From the NCBI GenBank assembly GCA_028719205.1, contig JAQUKH010000017.1, positions 1-53,896 of the forward strand: 53,896 nucleotides of DNA. The letters run 5' to 3'. The number at the start of each line of letters is the position of its first letter. The first letter of the stretch is position 1. Origin of the DNA: a bacterium (GTDB lineage: Bacteria > JACRDZ01 > JAQUKH01). Of the stretch, positions 18,097 to 29,691 are shown one piece after another. The notes beneath the pieces are model-generated. The model ran no database searches. It was not told the origin of the DNA and saw only the letters and a list, made by a program, of their open reading frames with translations. Position numbers and translations under genes: made by a program.

Positions 18097-19383
18097 ATGA
18101 ATACAACAACACAAGATAGTTTTTATGGACTTGGTATAGCGCCGGGGCTTCTGGACGCGCTGGAAAAGTTAAAATTTACAGTGCCGACACCGATCCAGTA
18201 TAAGGCTATACCGATTGCTATAGAAGGCAAGGATGTTATGGGGATTGCCCAGACCGGTACAGGCAAGACGCTGGCTTTTGGAATTCCAATGGTTCAGAGG
18301 CTTGCACAGATACAGGGAAGGGGGCTGGTAGTTGTTCCCACCCGTGAACTTGCGATCCAGGTTAATGAGTCTATTTCAAAACTTACTCCGATATATAAAA
18401 TGAAAACTACAGTACTGATAGGCGGAGAGTCCATGTATTTACAGACCCAGTCCTTAAGAAATAATCCGCGGATCATAATCGCGACTCCGGGCCGCCTGAA
18501 TGATCATGTTAATCAACGGCATATACGCCTTGATGATGTTTGTATACTTGTACTTGATGAAGCCGACCGTATGTTTGATATGGGTTTTGCTCCGCAGATA
18601 GAACGTATTCTTAAACTTATTCCAAGCGACCGTCAGACTATGCTTTTTTCCGCGACAATGCCGCCCAGTATTTTAAAAATCGCGTCTAATTGCATGCATT
18701 TGCCGGTTCGTACTGAGATCGCGCCTACGGGAACTACGGCAGAATTTGTTACTCAGGAGATATTTATAGTAAACCATGACCTGAAAGGAAAACTTTTAGG
18801 CGAACTGCTTAAACAATATACCGGATCGGTACTTTTGTTCATGCGTACCAAAATAGGGGCGCAGAGAGTCACGCGCCTTTTAAGAACAATGGGATTGGGC
18901 GTTGCTGAGATCCATTCAGACAGGACCCAGGTTCAGCGCAGGGAAGCATTGAACGGTTTCAAGATAGGAAAATATCGCATTCTTGCCGCGACGGATATTG
19001 CGGCGAGAGGTATTGATGTGAAAGGGATCGAATTAGTTATAAATTATGATTTGCCTGATGATGTTGAAAATTATATTCACAGAATAGGCCGTACCGGAAG
19101 AGCCGGGCTGAAGGGCCATGCTATTTCCTTCGCTACTCCGGATCAGGGAAGAGATGTACAAGACATCGAAAAAATGATAAGAACAACTATTCCATTATCT
19201 TCGCATCCCAATATTCCAACGGGACGATTTTCATCCGCGCCAAAACCAGCTGCTCCATCGCGTTATCCAAGCCGCAAAAGATATCAAAGTTCCGGTAATC
19301 GTTCAGGCTCAGGTTCTGGAGATAATGTTTTGGCTAATAGATTTGGAGTTAAGAAAACAGTCAGAAAATCAAAACCCTGGTAG
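18097..19383 (+). CDS. DEAD-box RNA helicase (RhlE-like)
   Basis: AQTGTGKT, PTRELA, DEAD, SAT, HRIGRTGRAG. Confidence 0.95.
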   Translation: MNTTTQDSFYGLGIAPGLLDALEKLKFTVPTPIQYKAIPIAIEGKDVMGIAQTGTGKTLAFGIPMVQRLAQIQGRGLVVVPTRELAIQVNESISKLTPIYKMKTTVLIGGESMYLQTQSLRNNPRIIIATPGRLNDHVNQRHIRLDDVCILVLDEADRMFDMGFAPQIERILKLIPSDRQTMLFSATMPPSILKIASNCMHLPVRTEIAPTGTTAEFVTQEIFIVNHDLKGKLLGELLKQYTGSVLLFMRTKIGAQRVTRLLRTMGLGVAEIHSDRTQVQRREALNGFKIGKYRILAATDIAARGIDVKGIELVINYDLPDDVENYIHRIGRTGRAGLKGHAISFATPDQGRDVQDIEKMIRTTIPLSSHPNIPTGRFSSAPKPAAPSRYPSRKRYQSSGNRSGSGSGDNVLANRFGVKKTVRKSKPW

Positions 19384-19443
19384 AATTAAATATTAAGGTA
19401 AGAGATATCATATTGTGAAATTGAAAATAAATTTAAGGGTAAT

Positions 19444-20031
19444 ATGCTTAAAAATATTTTTTCCGCGTTTATTCCGATATTTGTAGCTGTGGACGCGGTC
19501 GGAGTCCTGCCGATCTTTATCTCATTTACCAGCGGCCTTTCAAAAAAAGAAAAATCAAAGATCATTGTGAATTCAATGTATACGGCTATTGGCCTGGCTT
19601 TAGGATTTATTTTTTTAGGAAAATGGATCTTTGCCTTTTTAGGGATAACTATAGCTGATTTTATGATAGCCGGCGGCATAATACTTTTTTGTATCTCAAT
19701 AATTGATATAATTGCTTCAAAAAAGAAAAAACAGCTCTCGGGTAAAGAACTGGCGGCTGTTCCCTTAGGAGTTCCGCTTATTGTGGGCCCGGCAGTTTTA
19801 ACTACTTCGCTTCTTATTATAGGAGAATATGGATTATACGCGACTTTAATATCCATTTTTATAAATGTGTTATTAGCAGGTTTAATTTTTTCTTTGTCGG
19901 ATAGAGTGTTAAAAATTATTGGCGAGCCGGGCGCGAGGGTACTTTCAAAGGTAACAAGTTTATTATTGGCAGCGATCGCGGTAATGATGGTTAGAAAAGG
20001 AATAATGAGAATTTTAATTGACAAAATTTAG
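19444..20031 (+). CDS. MarC family membrane protein
   Basis: IAGGIILF, VPLGVPLIVGPA, LLLAAIAV motifs. Confidence 0.9.
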   Translation: MLKNIFSAFIPIFVAVDAVGVLPIFISFTSGLSKKEKSKIIVNSMYTAIGLALGFIFLGKWIFAFLGITIADFMIAGGIILFCISIIDIIASKKKKQLSGKELAAVPLGVPLIVGPAVLTTSLLIIGEYGLYATLISIFINVLLAGLIFSLSDRVLKIIGEPGARVLSKVTSLLLAAIAVMMVRKGIMRILIDKI

Positions 20032-20086
20032 ATCTGGTATTATAAACATACCTTATTTGAGTTATTTATTTGAGAAAGGAGAGCTA

Positions 20087-20527
20087 ATGTTAAAAAAAGG
20101 ATTAGCCCTGTTTTTAATTATTTTTTTTCAGATAATTTTTGTTTCAAATTTACGGGCGCAGGGCGAAAGTATAAAAACGGATAATAAGGAGACGGCTGCA
20201 GAAGAGAAGAAAAATGGGATCGATAAAGATATCAAACCTGGTGTTGAAGAAAAAGTTAAAAAAGAAATCAGGGGCAAAATAACCGAGATCGCGGAAGATG
20301 AGACATATTTAAAAATCGGGGATATAAAAATTATTACCAGTAAACAATTTCTAAAAGATTCTTTTGTATCAGTTGGAGATAATATAGAGATCATGGCGGA
20401 AGAAACTCCCAAAGGATTGAAAGCGCTTGATTATAAATATATTTATGATGAGCAAAATGATTCCTCAAGCATGGATGATGATTTAAGCGTTCCAGAACAA
20501 TTTGAAATAGATGTTCGCGGAGAATAA
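20087..20527 (+). CDS. Secreted hypothetical protein
   Basis: AGGAG RBS, signal peptide, acidic tail. Confidence 0.7.
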   Translation: MLKKGLALFLIIFFQIIFVSNLRAQGESIKTDNKETAAEEKKNGIDKDIKPGVEEKVKKEIRGKITEIAEDETYLKIGDIKIITSKQFLKDSFVSVGDNIEIMAEETPKGLKALDYKYIYDEQNDSSSMDDDLSVPEQFEIDVRGE

Positions 20528-20535
20528 ACAGATAT

Positions 20536-21549
20536 ATGTTTAAAGGCAAAAAAATACTTATTATTGTCGGAAAAGAAGAAGTACGAAGGAAAGATGTTCA
20601 GGATGTTCTAAGATGTAAGGCATTTTTAGAAAAGGTTTTATTGAAAAAAGGTTTAATTACAGATTCAGTTTTTATCACAAAGAAAGATTTTAGAAAGATC
20701 GAAAGCCTGAAAAATAGTATTTTAAGTTATAAACCGGATTGTATTTTTAATCTCTTTGAGGGTTTCAGCGATGATTCCCAAAAAGAAGCGGAATTTGTCC
20801 GGGTGCTTGAAAAAATGAATATCCCGTTTACCGGTAATCCTTCATTTTCTATAAATATTTGCCTGGATAAAGAGAAAACAAAAAAAATATTAAGGGAAAA
20901 TCGTATACCCTCACCTAAGGGTATTTTTCTTAAAAATATAAGAGATTTGGATAAATATTCTATTAACATGCCTGTTTTTGTAAAACCCTGCTTTGAGGAT
21001 GCAAGTTTAGGTATAGATAAAGACTCTTTAATAACTGATAAAAATCTGTTGAGTAAAATACTATCAGAAAAACTCGAAGAGTTTCCAAAAGGATTGATAA
21101 TTGAGGAATTTATTTCGGGTAACGAATATAATTTAGGTTTTTTGGGGGAGTATCCTTATGAATTACTTGGCGTGTCTATTTTGGATTATTCCAGATTTGA
21201 AGGATATAGCCCATTTTTAACATATCGCTCAAAATGGAAAACGGATAGTGGTGAATTTAAAAAGCTCTTGCCTTCCCTGAAAGATAATATATCAAAAGAA
21301 CTAAAGAGCAGGCTTGTTAATCTGGCTAAAAAGGCAGGCAGGGTTTTAAAATGCAGAAATTACTTTAGAATAGATATCAGAGAAAAAAACGGGAAGATAT
21401 TTATACTTGATGTAAATCCGAATCCTGATATAAATATGGACAGCGGTTTTATGAAGCAAGGATATAAACAGGGATATAAATATGAAGATATAATTGAAAA
21501 GATCTTATTGCATTCTTTTAACTGTTATTCCGGAAAAAAATATGCATAG
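20536..21549 (+). CDS. D-Ala-D-Ala ligase-like ATP-grasp protein
   Basis: FNLFEG, IPFTG, DKEKTK, VKPCFEDASLGI, EEFISG, RIDIR, DVNPNP. Confidence 0.85.
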   Translation: MFKGKKILIIVGKEEVRRKDVQDVLRCKAFLEKVLLKKGLITDSVFITKKDFRKIESLKNSILSYKPDCIFNLFEGFSDDSQKEAEFVRVLEKMNIPFTGNPSFSINICLDKEKTKKILRENRIPSPKGIFLKNIRDLDKYSINMPVFVKPCFEDASLGIDKDSLITDKNLLSKILSEKLEEFPKGLIIEEFISGNEYNLGFLGEYPYELLGVSILDYSRFEGYSPFLTYRSKWKTDSGEFKKLLPSLKDNISKELKSRLVNLAKKAGRVLKCRNYFRIDIREKNGKIFILDVNPNPDINMDSGFMKQGYKQGYKYEDIIEKILLHSFNCYSGKKYA

Positions 21550-22009
21550 GTCTTTGAAAGAGTTATATCTAAAAATTGCCGAAGGAACAGCATCCTTTAA
21601 TTCCGCTGAAATAGAGATATTAGATGAGGTTTTGACTGACCATTTTGATAATCCGAAAACAACTTATATTCTTTTTGAAGAGAAGGATAATGATAAACTT
21701 TTAGGTTTCGCGATATTCGGAAGATCGCCAATGACAAAATTCAGCTGGGATATTTACTGGATGGCAGTAGATAAAGGATCCCAGAGAAAAGGGATAGGGC
21801 AAAAACTGCAGGAAAGGATCGAAGGTTATGTCCTTGGGCAGGATAAAAAGGCAAATTTAATCATAGAAACCTCCTCAAAACCGGAGTATGACGCGACACG
21901 GAGTTTCTATTTAAAAAAAGGATTTAAAGAAATGGGACAAATTCCTGATTTTTACAAGGAAGATGATTCCCTTGTGATTTTTTATAAAAGTTTAATTACC
22001 TCAAAATAA
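21542..22009 (+). CDS. GNAT N-acetyltransferase
   Basis: WDIYWMAV..QRKGIG, ETSS..Y..TRSFY.KKGF. Confidence 0.88.
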   Translation: MHRSLKELYLKIAEGTASFNSAEIEILDEVLTDHFDNPKTTYILFEEKDNDKLLGFAIFGRSPMTKFSWDIYWMAVDKGSQRKGIGQKLQERIEGYVLGQDKKANLIIETSSKPEYDATRSFYLKKGFKEMGQIPDFYKEDDSLVIFYKSLITSK

Positions 22010-22054
22010 TCGATACTCTTAAAGAAAATCCTCCATTTCTCCGAAAATGTACCT

Positions 22055-24262
22055 ATGCCTATTTCTCACGAAAAGAAAAATGAAATTTTAGGGATAATTA
22101 TCCTTGCTTTTACTATCATCCTTACCGCAAGCCTTTTGTCATATGACCCTAATGACCTGCCTTTTAACACATATCCGCCAAATTCTCATATTAGTAATTA
22201 TGTAGGTGTTATCGGAGCTTATTTGGCTGATACCGCGGCTAAAATATTCGGGTGGGGCGCTTTATTCTTACCGTTTATTTTTATCTATTTCGGCTGGCAC
22301 AGGTTCAGGGGTGATACGCTTGAAAGAAAATATATAAAATTTGCCGGAATAACCGGGTTTCTTTTTACTTTTTGCTGTTTGTTGTGGATCTTTGGAATTG
22401 GAGGAGAAACCTATCGCTCCGGCGGGGAGGCCGGGATAATCGGGGTAGGTATTTTACAGAGATTTTTTGGAATGCTTGGAACCTACATCGTGCTTATTTC
22501 AATGCTTTCTATTTCCATGCTTTTGTTGCTGGAGGATCTATTGCTTTTTCCAATGATCTTAAATATTAAGATGCTTTTTACAGGCCAAAAAGAAGCCAGT
22601 TTAAATAAAGAGGAAGTTATACCGGAAGAGTTCTTAAAGAAAAAACCAAAACCTGTGATTAATCTTATCCGGAATGAAGCGGTTTCTGAAGCAAAATTTG
22701 TTTTGGACAAGGCTGAAAAAGAAAAAAATGAAACTGAAAAAATAAAAAAGGCCCAAATTAAAAAACCAAAAGAAGAAAAATCAGAAAAAGAGGAAAAAAT
22801 TGAAGTAAAAGGCAACAAAAAATATGTTTTGCCTTCTCTGGAACTTTTAGAGGATTATTCAAAAGTAAGCAGCCCTAATGAAACAAAAGAAGAAATAGAG
22901 ATAAAATCAAAACTTTTGGAAGAGGCGTTGAGAAGTTTTGGTGTTGAGGCCACTGTTGTACAGGTGCATCAGGGGCCGGTCATAACAAGATATGAATTAC
23001 AGCCGGCAGTCGGCGTGAAGGTCAGCCAGATCGTGAATTTGTCGGATGATATTTCACTGGTTTTGAAAGCCTCACCGATAAGAATAGTCGCGCCAATTCC
23101 CGGCAAGGCTGCTGTAGGAATTGAGATCCCGAATAAAAAGGCGGTGACAGTGGGGTTGAGGGAACTTTTGGAGAATAAACCCCAAGATGAAGATTCAAAA
23201 TTGAACCTATCTTTGGGAAAGGATATTTCAGGCACACCATTCTATTTTGATCTGGGCAGAATGCCGCATCTTTTAATCGCGGGCGCTACCGGTTCCGGAA
23301 AAAGTATTTGCATGAATTCAATAATTATGAGTATTCTTTATCAGGCTGAGCCCTCCGAGGTAAAACTGATAATTGTGGATCCAAAAAGAGTAGAGATGAA
23401 GGGTTATGAAAATATACCCCATCTTCTGTCGCCGGTTGTTACAGACGTAAAAGACGCGGTAATGGCCCTGAAATGGGCGGTATTTGAGATGGAGGAGCGT
23501 TATAAGATCTTCGCGTCGGTAGGCGCCAGGGATATTGACAGTTATAATAAACTGCCGGTCAATAAAAAAACGGTTAAAGAAGGTGAAGTAGAAACAGTTC
23601 ATCCTGAAAAAGTATTTTATGTTATTGTTATAATTGATGAATTAGCGGATCTTATGATGTCGGCAGGTAATGAAATTGAAGATAATATCACCCGTCTTGC
23701 GCAGATGGCCCGCGCGGTTGGAATACATCTTGTTTTGGCTACGCAGAGGCCGTCCGTGGATGTTATTACAGGTTTAATTAAGGCTAATTTCCCGTCAAGA
23801 ATAGCCTTTCAGGTATCTTCAAAAGTAGATTCGAGGACCATATTGGACCAGAACGGCGCGGAAAAATTATTAGGCGGAGGCGATATGCTTTTTTCGCCGC
23901 CCGGAGCGTCTAAACCTGTCCGTTTGCAGGGCGCATATGTAAGCAGTAAAGAAGTTGAAAGGATCACTGATTTTGTCCGCGGGCAGGCCAGCCCTGAATA
24001 TAAAGAGGATGTTTTTAAGATCGCTCAAAAATCTTTTTCTTTTGAAGACGGGGAAGATGATGTTTTGTTTAAAGACGCGGTCAGGGTTGTTCTTGAAAGC
24101 GGGCAGGCATCAGTTTCTTTGTTGCAGAGACGGTTAAAAATAGGTTATAATCGGGCCGCAAGATTAGTGGAACTAATGGAAGCGGAAGGTATACTCGGGC
24201 CTTATGAAGTTGGCCGCTCCCGGGAAATATTGGTTTCAGAGGATTATTGGGAAGGCCTGTAA
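22055..24262 (+). CDS. ftsK: DNA translocase FtsK
   Basis: N-terminal TMs, PHLLIAGATGSGKS, IDELADLM, ATQRPSVDVITG, gamma domain LQRRLKIGYNRAAR. Confidence 0.97.
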   Translation: MPISHEKKNEILGIIILAFTIILTASLLSYDPNDLPFNTYPPNSHISNYVGVIGAYLADTAAKIFGWGALFLPFIFIYFGWHRFRGDTLERKYIKFAGITGFLFTFCCLLWIFGIGGETYRSGGEAGIIGVGILQRFFGMLGTYIVLISMLSISMLLLLEDLLLFPMILNIKMLFTGQKEASLNKEEVIPEEFLKKKPKPVINLIRNEAVSEAKFVLDKAEKEKNETEKIKKAQIKKPKEEKSEKEEKIEVKGNKKYVLPSLELLEDYSKVSSPNETKEEIEIKSKLLEEALRSFGVEATVVQVHQGPVITRYELQPAVGVKVSQIVNLSDDISLVLKASPIRIVAPIPGKAAVGIEIPNKKAVTVGLRELLENKPQDEDSKLNLSLGKDISGTPFYFDLGRMPHLLIAGATGSGKSICMNSIIMSILYQAEPSEVKLIIVDPKRVEMKGYENIPHLLSPVVTDVKDAVMALKWAVFEMEERYKIFASVGARDIDSYNKLPVNKKTVKEGEVETVHPEKVFYVIVIIDELADLMMSAGNEIEDNITRLAQMARAVGIHLVLATQRPSVDVITGLIKANFPSRIAFQVSSKVDSRTILDQNGAEKLLGGGDMLFSPPGASKPVRLQGAYVSSKEVERITDFVRGQASPEYKEDVFKIAQKSFSFEDGEDDVLFKDAVRVVLESGQASVSLLQRRLKIGYNRAARLVELMEAEGILGPYEVGRSREILVSEDYWEGL

Positions 24263-24924
24263 TGAAGCAAAAACGATTAATTTTATTTTTTTTTCTTTGT
24301 GTTTTTTACCCTGCAGTGTCTTTTGCGATAAGTGTTGAGGAAATCACAAAACCTTTAAGGGAAAAATATCAGAATTTCAACACGTTTACTATTTTATATA
24401 AACAGAAGATCAAAGTAAGGGGATTGGATAAAACAGATGAATTTAAAGGAAGGATTATTTTTTCTAAACCTGACCGTTTCCGCTGGGAAGGGGTAGATAA
24501 TGAGGGCCGTAAACAAATTATTATCATTGTAAAGCAGAATATGTTAATGTATCTGGCTGAGACAGATACTTTAACGAAAAGAAGGCTTTTTGGTTCTTTT
24601 GAAAAACAATTAAAAAACCGGTATATCCCGTGGCTTGATCTTTCGAATGATATGCGGACTAAATACGTGGATACTGAGGATGAAAAAGGAAAAAAGATCT
24701 ATAAACTGGAAATTTTGCCCGAATCAGGCGATGAATATAAAAATATGTTTTTTTGGGTTGACGCGGATAAGCAAGATGTGGTAAAGATAGAAGTCGTTGA
24801 TACCGCGGAAAATCATATGACGTTGTTTTTTGATTCCACTATATTTACTCAAAAAGTGCCGGAAGAAGAATTTGTTTTTAAACCTGAACCAAAAACAAAG
24901 ATAATGGAAATAAACGAAGAATAG
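24262..24924 (+). CDS. lolA: Outer-membrane lipoprotein carrier LolA family
   Basis: Signal peptide, KPDRFRWE, C-terminal F.F.P; downstream of ftsK. Confidence 0.75.
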   Translation: MKQKRLILFFFLCVFYPAVSFAISVEEITKPLREKYQNFNTFTILYKQKIKVRGLDKTDEFKGRIIFSKPDRFRWEGVDNEGRKQIIIIVKQNMLMYLAETDTLTKRRLFGSFEKQLKNRYIPWLDLSNDMRTKYVDTEDEKGKKIYKLEILPESGDEYKNMFFWVDADKQDVVKIEVVDTAENHMTLFFDSTIFTQKVPEEEFVFKPEPKTKIMEINEE

Positions 24925-24932
24925 AGGATGAT

Positions 24933-25751
24933 ATGACTGGAGAATTTAATATTTCGGATTATTTAAAACAACTGCGTGAGAAAAAGGGTGTTTCTCTCGA
25001 AGAAGCTGTTAATACTCTTAAGATAAGCTATGATTTTTTAAAAGCTTTTGAGGAAGGTAATTTTGACAGCCTGCCGAAGGATACCTACACAAGGATATTT
25101 TTAAGGGTCTATACTGAATATCTGGACGGAGATGTTAAAGAAGTTATGGCAGGGTTCGCGGCGCTTTCACCGGGAAAAAATGAGGTAAAAACAGATCAAA
25201 ATATGGGAGAGAAATCTAAAGCCGGGCCTGATTCTAAAAATTGGGTTGAAAATGTGCCTTTAAATTCAAATTTAATACTGGGATGGATAATAACTATCCT
25301 GGTTGTAATTGTCTTTTGGGGATTATTTTGCAATAGGAAACAGAAAAATTCTTTAGTGGAAACTTCTTTTGAAGAAAAAGAAGTTTCTAAAGCGGATATA
25401 AAAGAGGCAAAACCGGCAGAGGTAAAAAAAGAAGTTGAACCTCAAAAGCCAAAAAGTGAAAATTTGCCGGCGGCCGCGGTTGACGAAAAAAGCAAATCTA
25501 AAAAAATAGTTCTTAAAGCCAGGGCTTTGGAAGATGTAAATCTTGAAATGATCGTGGATGATAAGATCACAATTAAAGAAGTAATGAAAAAAGACGAATC
25601 CCGTATCTGGACGGCTAATGATAAATTTCTTATAAATACAGACAACGCGGGCGCTTTGGATTTTACGTTTAATGATGAACGGTTCGGAGTTTTAGGCGCA
25701 ATAGGCGAAGCTAAGGCCGGGATAAATTTTCCGCCTGTAAAAAAAGAATAA
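24933..25751 (+). CDS. rodZ: RodZ-like protein (HTH + TM + periplasmic domain)
   Basis: LKQLREKKGVSLEE...EEG.FD.LP..Y.R.FLR.Y; single TM; NAGAL motif. Confidence 0.85.
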   Translation: MTGEFNISDYLKQLREKKGVSLEEAVNTLKISYDFLKAFEEGNFDSLPKDTYTRIFLRVYTEYLDGDVKEVMAGFAALSPGKNEVKTDQNMGEKSKAGPDSKNWVENVPLNSNLILGWIITILVVIVFWGLFCNRKQKNSLVETSFEEKEVSKADIKEAKPAEVKKEVEPQKPKSENLPAAAVDEKSKSKKIVLKARALEDVNLEMIVDDKITIKEVMKKDESRIWTANDKFLINTDNAGALDFTFNDERFGVLGAIGEAKAGINFPPVKKE

Positions 25752-25756
25752 TAAAC

Positions 25757-27949
25757 TTGAAACATATTATTAACATTTTTGAAGAAATATCGATTTTATT
25801 TTTATTAATAACTTTGCCTTTTATAGGGATCCAATCGATAGGAAATTTTGTCCTGCCTTATAATCTTATTTTTTTTCTGGGTGTCTTTGTTTTTTATGTT
25901 CTTCGGGTCTTTTATTTTTTATCTCCGGGAAAAAAATCAGAGGTTTCTTTAAACAACGGGCAGATTTTGCTTTTACTTTTTTTATTCAGCAATTTCATTT
26001 CCTTCCTTTTTAGTAAATATCCTTACGGCAATAAAATTGAATTTTCACAGATCACGGCTTATGTTTGTCTGGCATTTGCTTTTGCCGGGAAAGAAAAAGA
26101 TACATCCTTTAATAAGCTATTCTGGCTTTTATTGGGGCTTGGTTTTTTGCAGTCAGCCTACAGCCTTCTTCAGGTATTGGGGATAGATTTTTTAAACTGG
26201 AGCGTGAATTTTGGATCACGGGGATTTGGCACGTTAGTTAATCCCAATCATTTTGCGGGATATCTTGTTTTAATTTTTCCTTTGAGCCTTTATTATTTTT
26301 GCTCCAAGGGATCAAAAATAACCAAATCTGTCTCAGGTATATTTTTGGTTTTTATCGTTTCGGGCATTATTATTTCATCATCTCAGGGAGGGATCCTGGC
26401 GCTTGGGTTGTCTTGCGCCTTTTTTTTATATGTTTCAATAAAAAATAATATTCTTAAAAAAGAAGACAGAATAAATCTTATCATTACCGCCTTTATAATT
26501 ATTATTTTAAATGGGTTTTTATATACAGTTACACGCGATAAGCGGGAAAGTTTATCTACCCGGGTATCGCAAATAATGGAAGAAGAAAATCCATCTATTG
26601 AAGGAAGATTATTAAACTGGTCCGGAACTTTGCTGATGATCAGGGAAAAACCTTTTTTAGGGTGGGGCCCCGGGACATATAAAGATGTCTTTATTAAATA
26701 CAGGCCTTTGGAATTTAATAAATTTGAGCCCGCTGAGCATCCCAGGCTTTATGCTCACAATGATTTTTTGCAGGTGATTTCGGAGCTTGGGCTATCAGGT
26801 TTTTGTTTTTTTGTCTTTCTATTAATAGTTTTATTTAGAAATATAAACAAGAGTTTAAAAAAAGAAAATCCGTTATTTTATTTAACATTAGGAAGTATTG
26901 TGATTGCCGGCCTTGTCGCGGGATTTTTTAATACTGCTTTCACTTTTCATTATTTTATTATGCCTTCCGCAAGTTTATTTTGGATGGTGCTGGGCATGGG
27001 ATTGAAAGAAAGTACTTTTGAAGGGCCGGTTGTCTTTAAAAATAAAATAAAGCCGGCCTATTTTATTCTTTTACCATTTTTATTTTGGGGATTATTTTAT
27101 CAAATCAGATCGTATCGCGGGAAAAGCTGGAATTTAAAAGCTGACAGAAATCTAAGCAGGGGATTGACTGATAACGCGGTTAATAATTTAAGACAGGCAA
27201 CTTATATTGATGGAGAAAATGATATGTATCGATATTCTTTGTCAATGCAATATCTTGGGAGCTTTTTCAGGACAAAGGGCGGGGAATATCTGACACTTGC
27301 CAGGGAGGAAATGCGGGAAGCGATAAAATTAAATCCTTTTTCAGGTATTTACCATTATCAAATGGCGCAAATTTATCTTAATGAAAGCCCTGCCGCTTTG
27401 GAAAAAAGTATTGATGAGGAGCTAAATAAGGCTGTGGAATTGGATCCATCTTATGTCAGGATATATCTTTTAAAGGCTGAATGGGCAACAGAAAAACAGG
27501 ATCTAAATGAGGCCATTAAAATTTATAAACATATTTATGAAATAGAGCAGGGGGATAAAACTAATGGTTATTTCTCCAAAAATCCAAATATTTTAAGTGT
27601 TTATAATTTTATGGGCAGGTTTTATTATGAGAAGAAAAATTTGCAGAAAAGCGTGTATTTTTACGAAAAATTAATAACTCATCTTCCTGAAAAAGGAGCG
27701 CTTTTTAACAACCTGGGAGCTTTGTATCTCGAAATGAAAGATTATAAGATGGCGGAGGAATATTTTAATAAGGCAATTTCTCTCGAACCGGAAAATATTG
27801 AATTCCATAAGAATTTAGCTTATACTTATAAAGTTAACAACGAACCGGATAAGTATGATTTAAAAATGAAAGAAATAAAAGAAATAATAAATAGCAGCAG
27901 GGGGCAGGATGATACAAGAAGCAATAAAAAAGGTAGTAGAAAAAAATAA
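25757..27949 (+). CDS. O-antigen ligase family protein with TPR repeats
   Basis: [32 protein letters not shown]-terminal NNLGALY TPRs. Confidence 0.88.
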   Translation: MKHIINIFEEISILFLLITLPFIGIQSIGNFVLPYNLIFFLGVFVFYVLRVFYFLSPGKKSEVSLNNGQILLLLFLFSNFISFLFSKYPYGNKIEFSQITAYVCLAFAFAGKEKDTSFNKLFWLLLGLGFLQSAYSLLQVLGIDFLNWSVNFGSRGFGTLVNPNHFAGYLVLIFPLSLYYFCSKGSKITKSVSGIFLVFIVSGIIISSSQGGILALGLSCAFFLYVSIKNNILKKEDRINLIITAFIIIILNGFLYTVTRDKRESLSTRVSQIMEEENPSIEGRLLNWSGTLLMIREKPFLGWGPGTYKDVFIKYRPLEFNKFEPAEHPRLYAHNDFLQVISELGLSGFCFFVFLLIVLFRNINKSLKKENPLFYLTLGSIVIAGLVAGFFNTAFTFHYFIMPSASLFWMVLGMGLKESTFEGPVVFKNKIKPAYFILLPFLFWGLFYQIRSYRGKSWNLKADRNLSRGLTDNAVNNLRQATYIDGENDMYRYSLSMQYLGSFFRTKGGEYLTLAREEMREAIKLNPFSGIYHYQMAQIYLNESPAALEKSIDEELNKAVELDPSYVRIYLLKAEWATEKQDLNEAIKIYKHIYEIEQGDKTNGYFSKNPNILSVYNFMGRFYYEKKNLQKSVYFYEKLITHLPEKGALFNNLGALYLEMKDYKMAEEYFNKAISLEPENIEFHKNLAYTYKVNNEPDKYDLKMKEIKEIINSSRGQDDTRSNKKGSRKK

Positions 27950-28931
27950 TTTATCTGAGCAGGAAATAATAAATGTGATGCGGGAAATAATGACCGGGAG
28001 TGCTACTCCGGCCCAAATAGCCTGTTTTATTACTGTTTTGCGTTTAAAGGGAGAGACTGTTGAGGAAATAACCGGCTGCGCGAAAGTAATGCGCGAGGTG
28101 GCAAAAAAGATAAACGTCAGGTCAAAAGCAATAGTTGATACCTGCGGTACTGGCGGGGATGGAATGCACACCTTTAATATTTCAACTACGGCGGCTTTTG
28201 TTGTCGCGGGGGCGGGCCTGGCGGTTGCCAAGCACGGTAACCGTTCGGTTTCAAGCAAAAGCGGGAGTGCGGATGTCCTTCAGGAATTAGGTATAAATAT
28301 TGAGGCAGATTCTTTGTGCGTGGAGGATTGTGTTAATTCAGTGGGAATTGGTTTTCTTTTCGCGCCGTTATTTCATCCCGCGATGAAATTCGCGATCGGG
28401 CCTCGCAGGGAAATCGGTATACGTACGGTATTCAATATTTTAGGCCCTTTAACTAATCCTGCCGACGCGGGTTTTCAGGTTTTAGGGGTTTATGATGACA
28501 AATTAACTGAAGTTTTAGCCAATGTACTTCAAAAATTGGGAAGCAAGCGGGCATTTGTTGTACATGGGGAAGACGGGCTGGATGAAATAACAACGACCGG
28601 CAAAACTAAAGTATCTGAGTTAAAAGATGGGAAAGTAACGACCTATTTTGTAACGCCTGAAGATTTTGGTTTTAAAAGGGCGGTATTGAGCGATCTGCTT
28701 GGCGGATCGGCAAAAGAGAACGCGGAAATATTGTTGAGTATCTTAAAGGGAGAAAAAGGACCTCGCCGTGATATAGTCCTGTTAAATGCCGCGTTCGCGA
28801 TTAATGCCTGCGGTAAAGTGGATTCGATAAAAGATGGAATAAAAATTGCCGCTGAAAGTATTGATTCCGGCAAGGCATTAGGTAAACTTGAAAGTTTAAA
28901 AGAAAAAAGCCGGAGGCGCGTATGCCCCTAA
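27909..28931 (+). CDS. trpD: Anthranilate phosphoribosyltransferase
   Basis: [29 protein letters not shown]. Confidence 0.97.
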   Translation: MIQEAIKKVVEKNNLSEQEIINVMREIMTGSATPAQIACFITVLRLKGETVEEITGCAKVMREVAKKINVRSKAIVDTCGTGGDGMHTFNISTTAAFVVAGAGLAVAKHGNRSVSSKSGSADVLQELGINIEADSLCVEDCVNSVGIGFLFAPLFHPAMKFAIGPRREIGIRTVFNILGPLTNPADAGFQVLGVYDDKLTEVLANVLQKLGSKRAFVVHGEDGLDEITTTGKTKVSELKDGKVTTYFVTPEDFGFKRAVLSDLLGGSAKENAEILLSILKGEKGPRRDIVLLNAAFAINACGKVDSIKDGIKIAAESIDSGKALGKLESLKEKSRRRVCP

Positions 28932-29674
28932 GAGAAGAATTTGAAGAAACAGGAAAGTGGCTTTTTAAATGGCGAAGTTATTTCCCTTTATTGATAATTT
29001 TACCCCTTTTATTTTTCGTCCTCCCGCAATCCGGGTATTTTAAACGGGCTTTTGGGAATACAGCAGAATACTTTTGGGAGGGGTTTTGTTTAGCAGTATC
29101 TTATTCAGGATTAATTATCCGCTGTATCGCGATCGGATATGTTCCCGCGGGGACAAGCGGCAGGAATACAAAAGGGGGGCAGCTGGCAGATACACTTAAT
29201 TCAACAGGAATATATTCAATATTAAGGCACCCGCTCTATCTGGGTAATTTTTTAATATTTTCAGGAATGGTTTTATTAGTCGAATCAGTATGGCTTTTTA
29301 TTGTTTCTATTTTATTTTTTTGGTTATATTATGAGAGGATTATGTTCGCGGAAGAAGAGTTTTTAAGAAAAAAGTTTGGTGATATATTTCTGCGATGGGC
29401 TGAAAAAACCCCCGCTTTTATACCAAGGTTCGATCACTTTCAAAAACCGGAGATATCATTTTCTTTTAAAAATGTTTTAAAAAGGGAATATACAGCCTTT
29501 TTCCAAATAATCATATCTTTTACTTTAATAAAAGTTTTAAGTAATTTTTTTACGGAAGGTAAACTAAGTGTAGATATGTTCTGGCTTATCCTTCTCCTTA
29601 TAGGTTTTCTGATCTATATAACACTTATGATGCTGAAGAGAAAAACAAAATTATTGCATGTTGAAGGAAGATAA
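28922..29674 (+). CDS. Isoprenylcysteine carboxyl methyltransferase-family membrane methyltransferase (LmtA-like)
   Basis: [31 protein letters not shown]. Confidence 0.8.
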   Translation: MPLREEFEETGKWLFKWRSYFPLLIILPLLFFVLPQSGYFKRAFGNTAEYFWEGFCLAVSYSGLIIRCIAIGYVPAGTSGRNTKGGQLADTLNSTGIYSILRHPLYLGNFLIFSGMVLLVESVWLFIVSILFFWLYYERIMFAEEEFLRKKFGDIFLRWAEKTPAFIPRFDHFQKPEISFSFKNVLKREYTAFFQIIISFTLIKVLSNFFTEGKLSVDMFWLILLLIGFLIYITLMMLKRKTKLLHVEGR

Positions 29675-29691
29675 AAAAACAGGGATAAAGT

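Noticed and set aside
19386-20024. 212 aa minus-strand ORF
   Set aside because: Antisense shadow of marC
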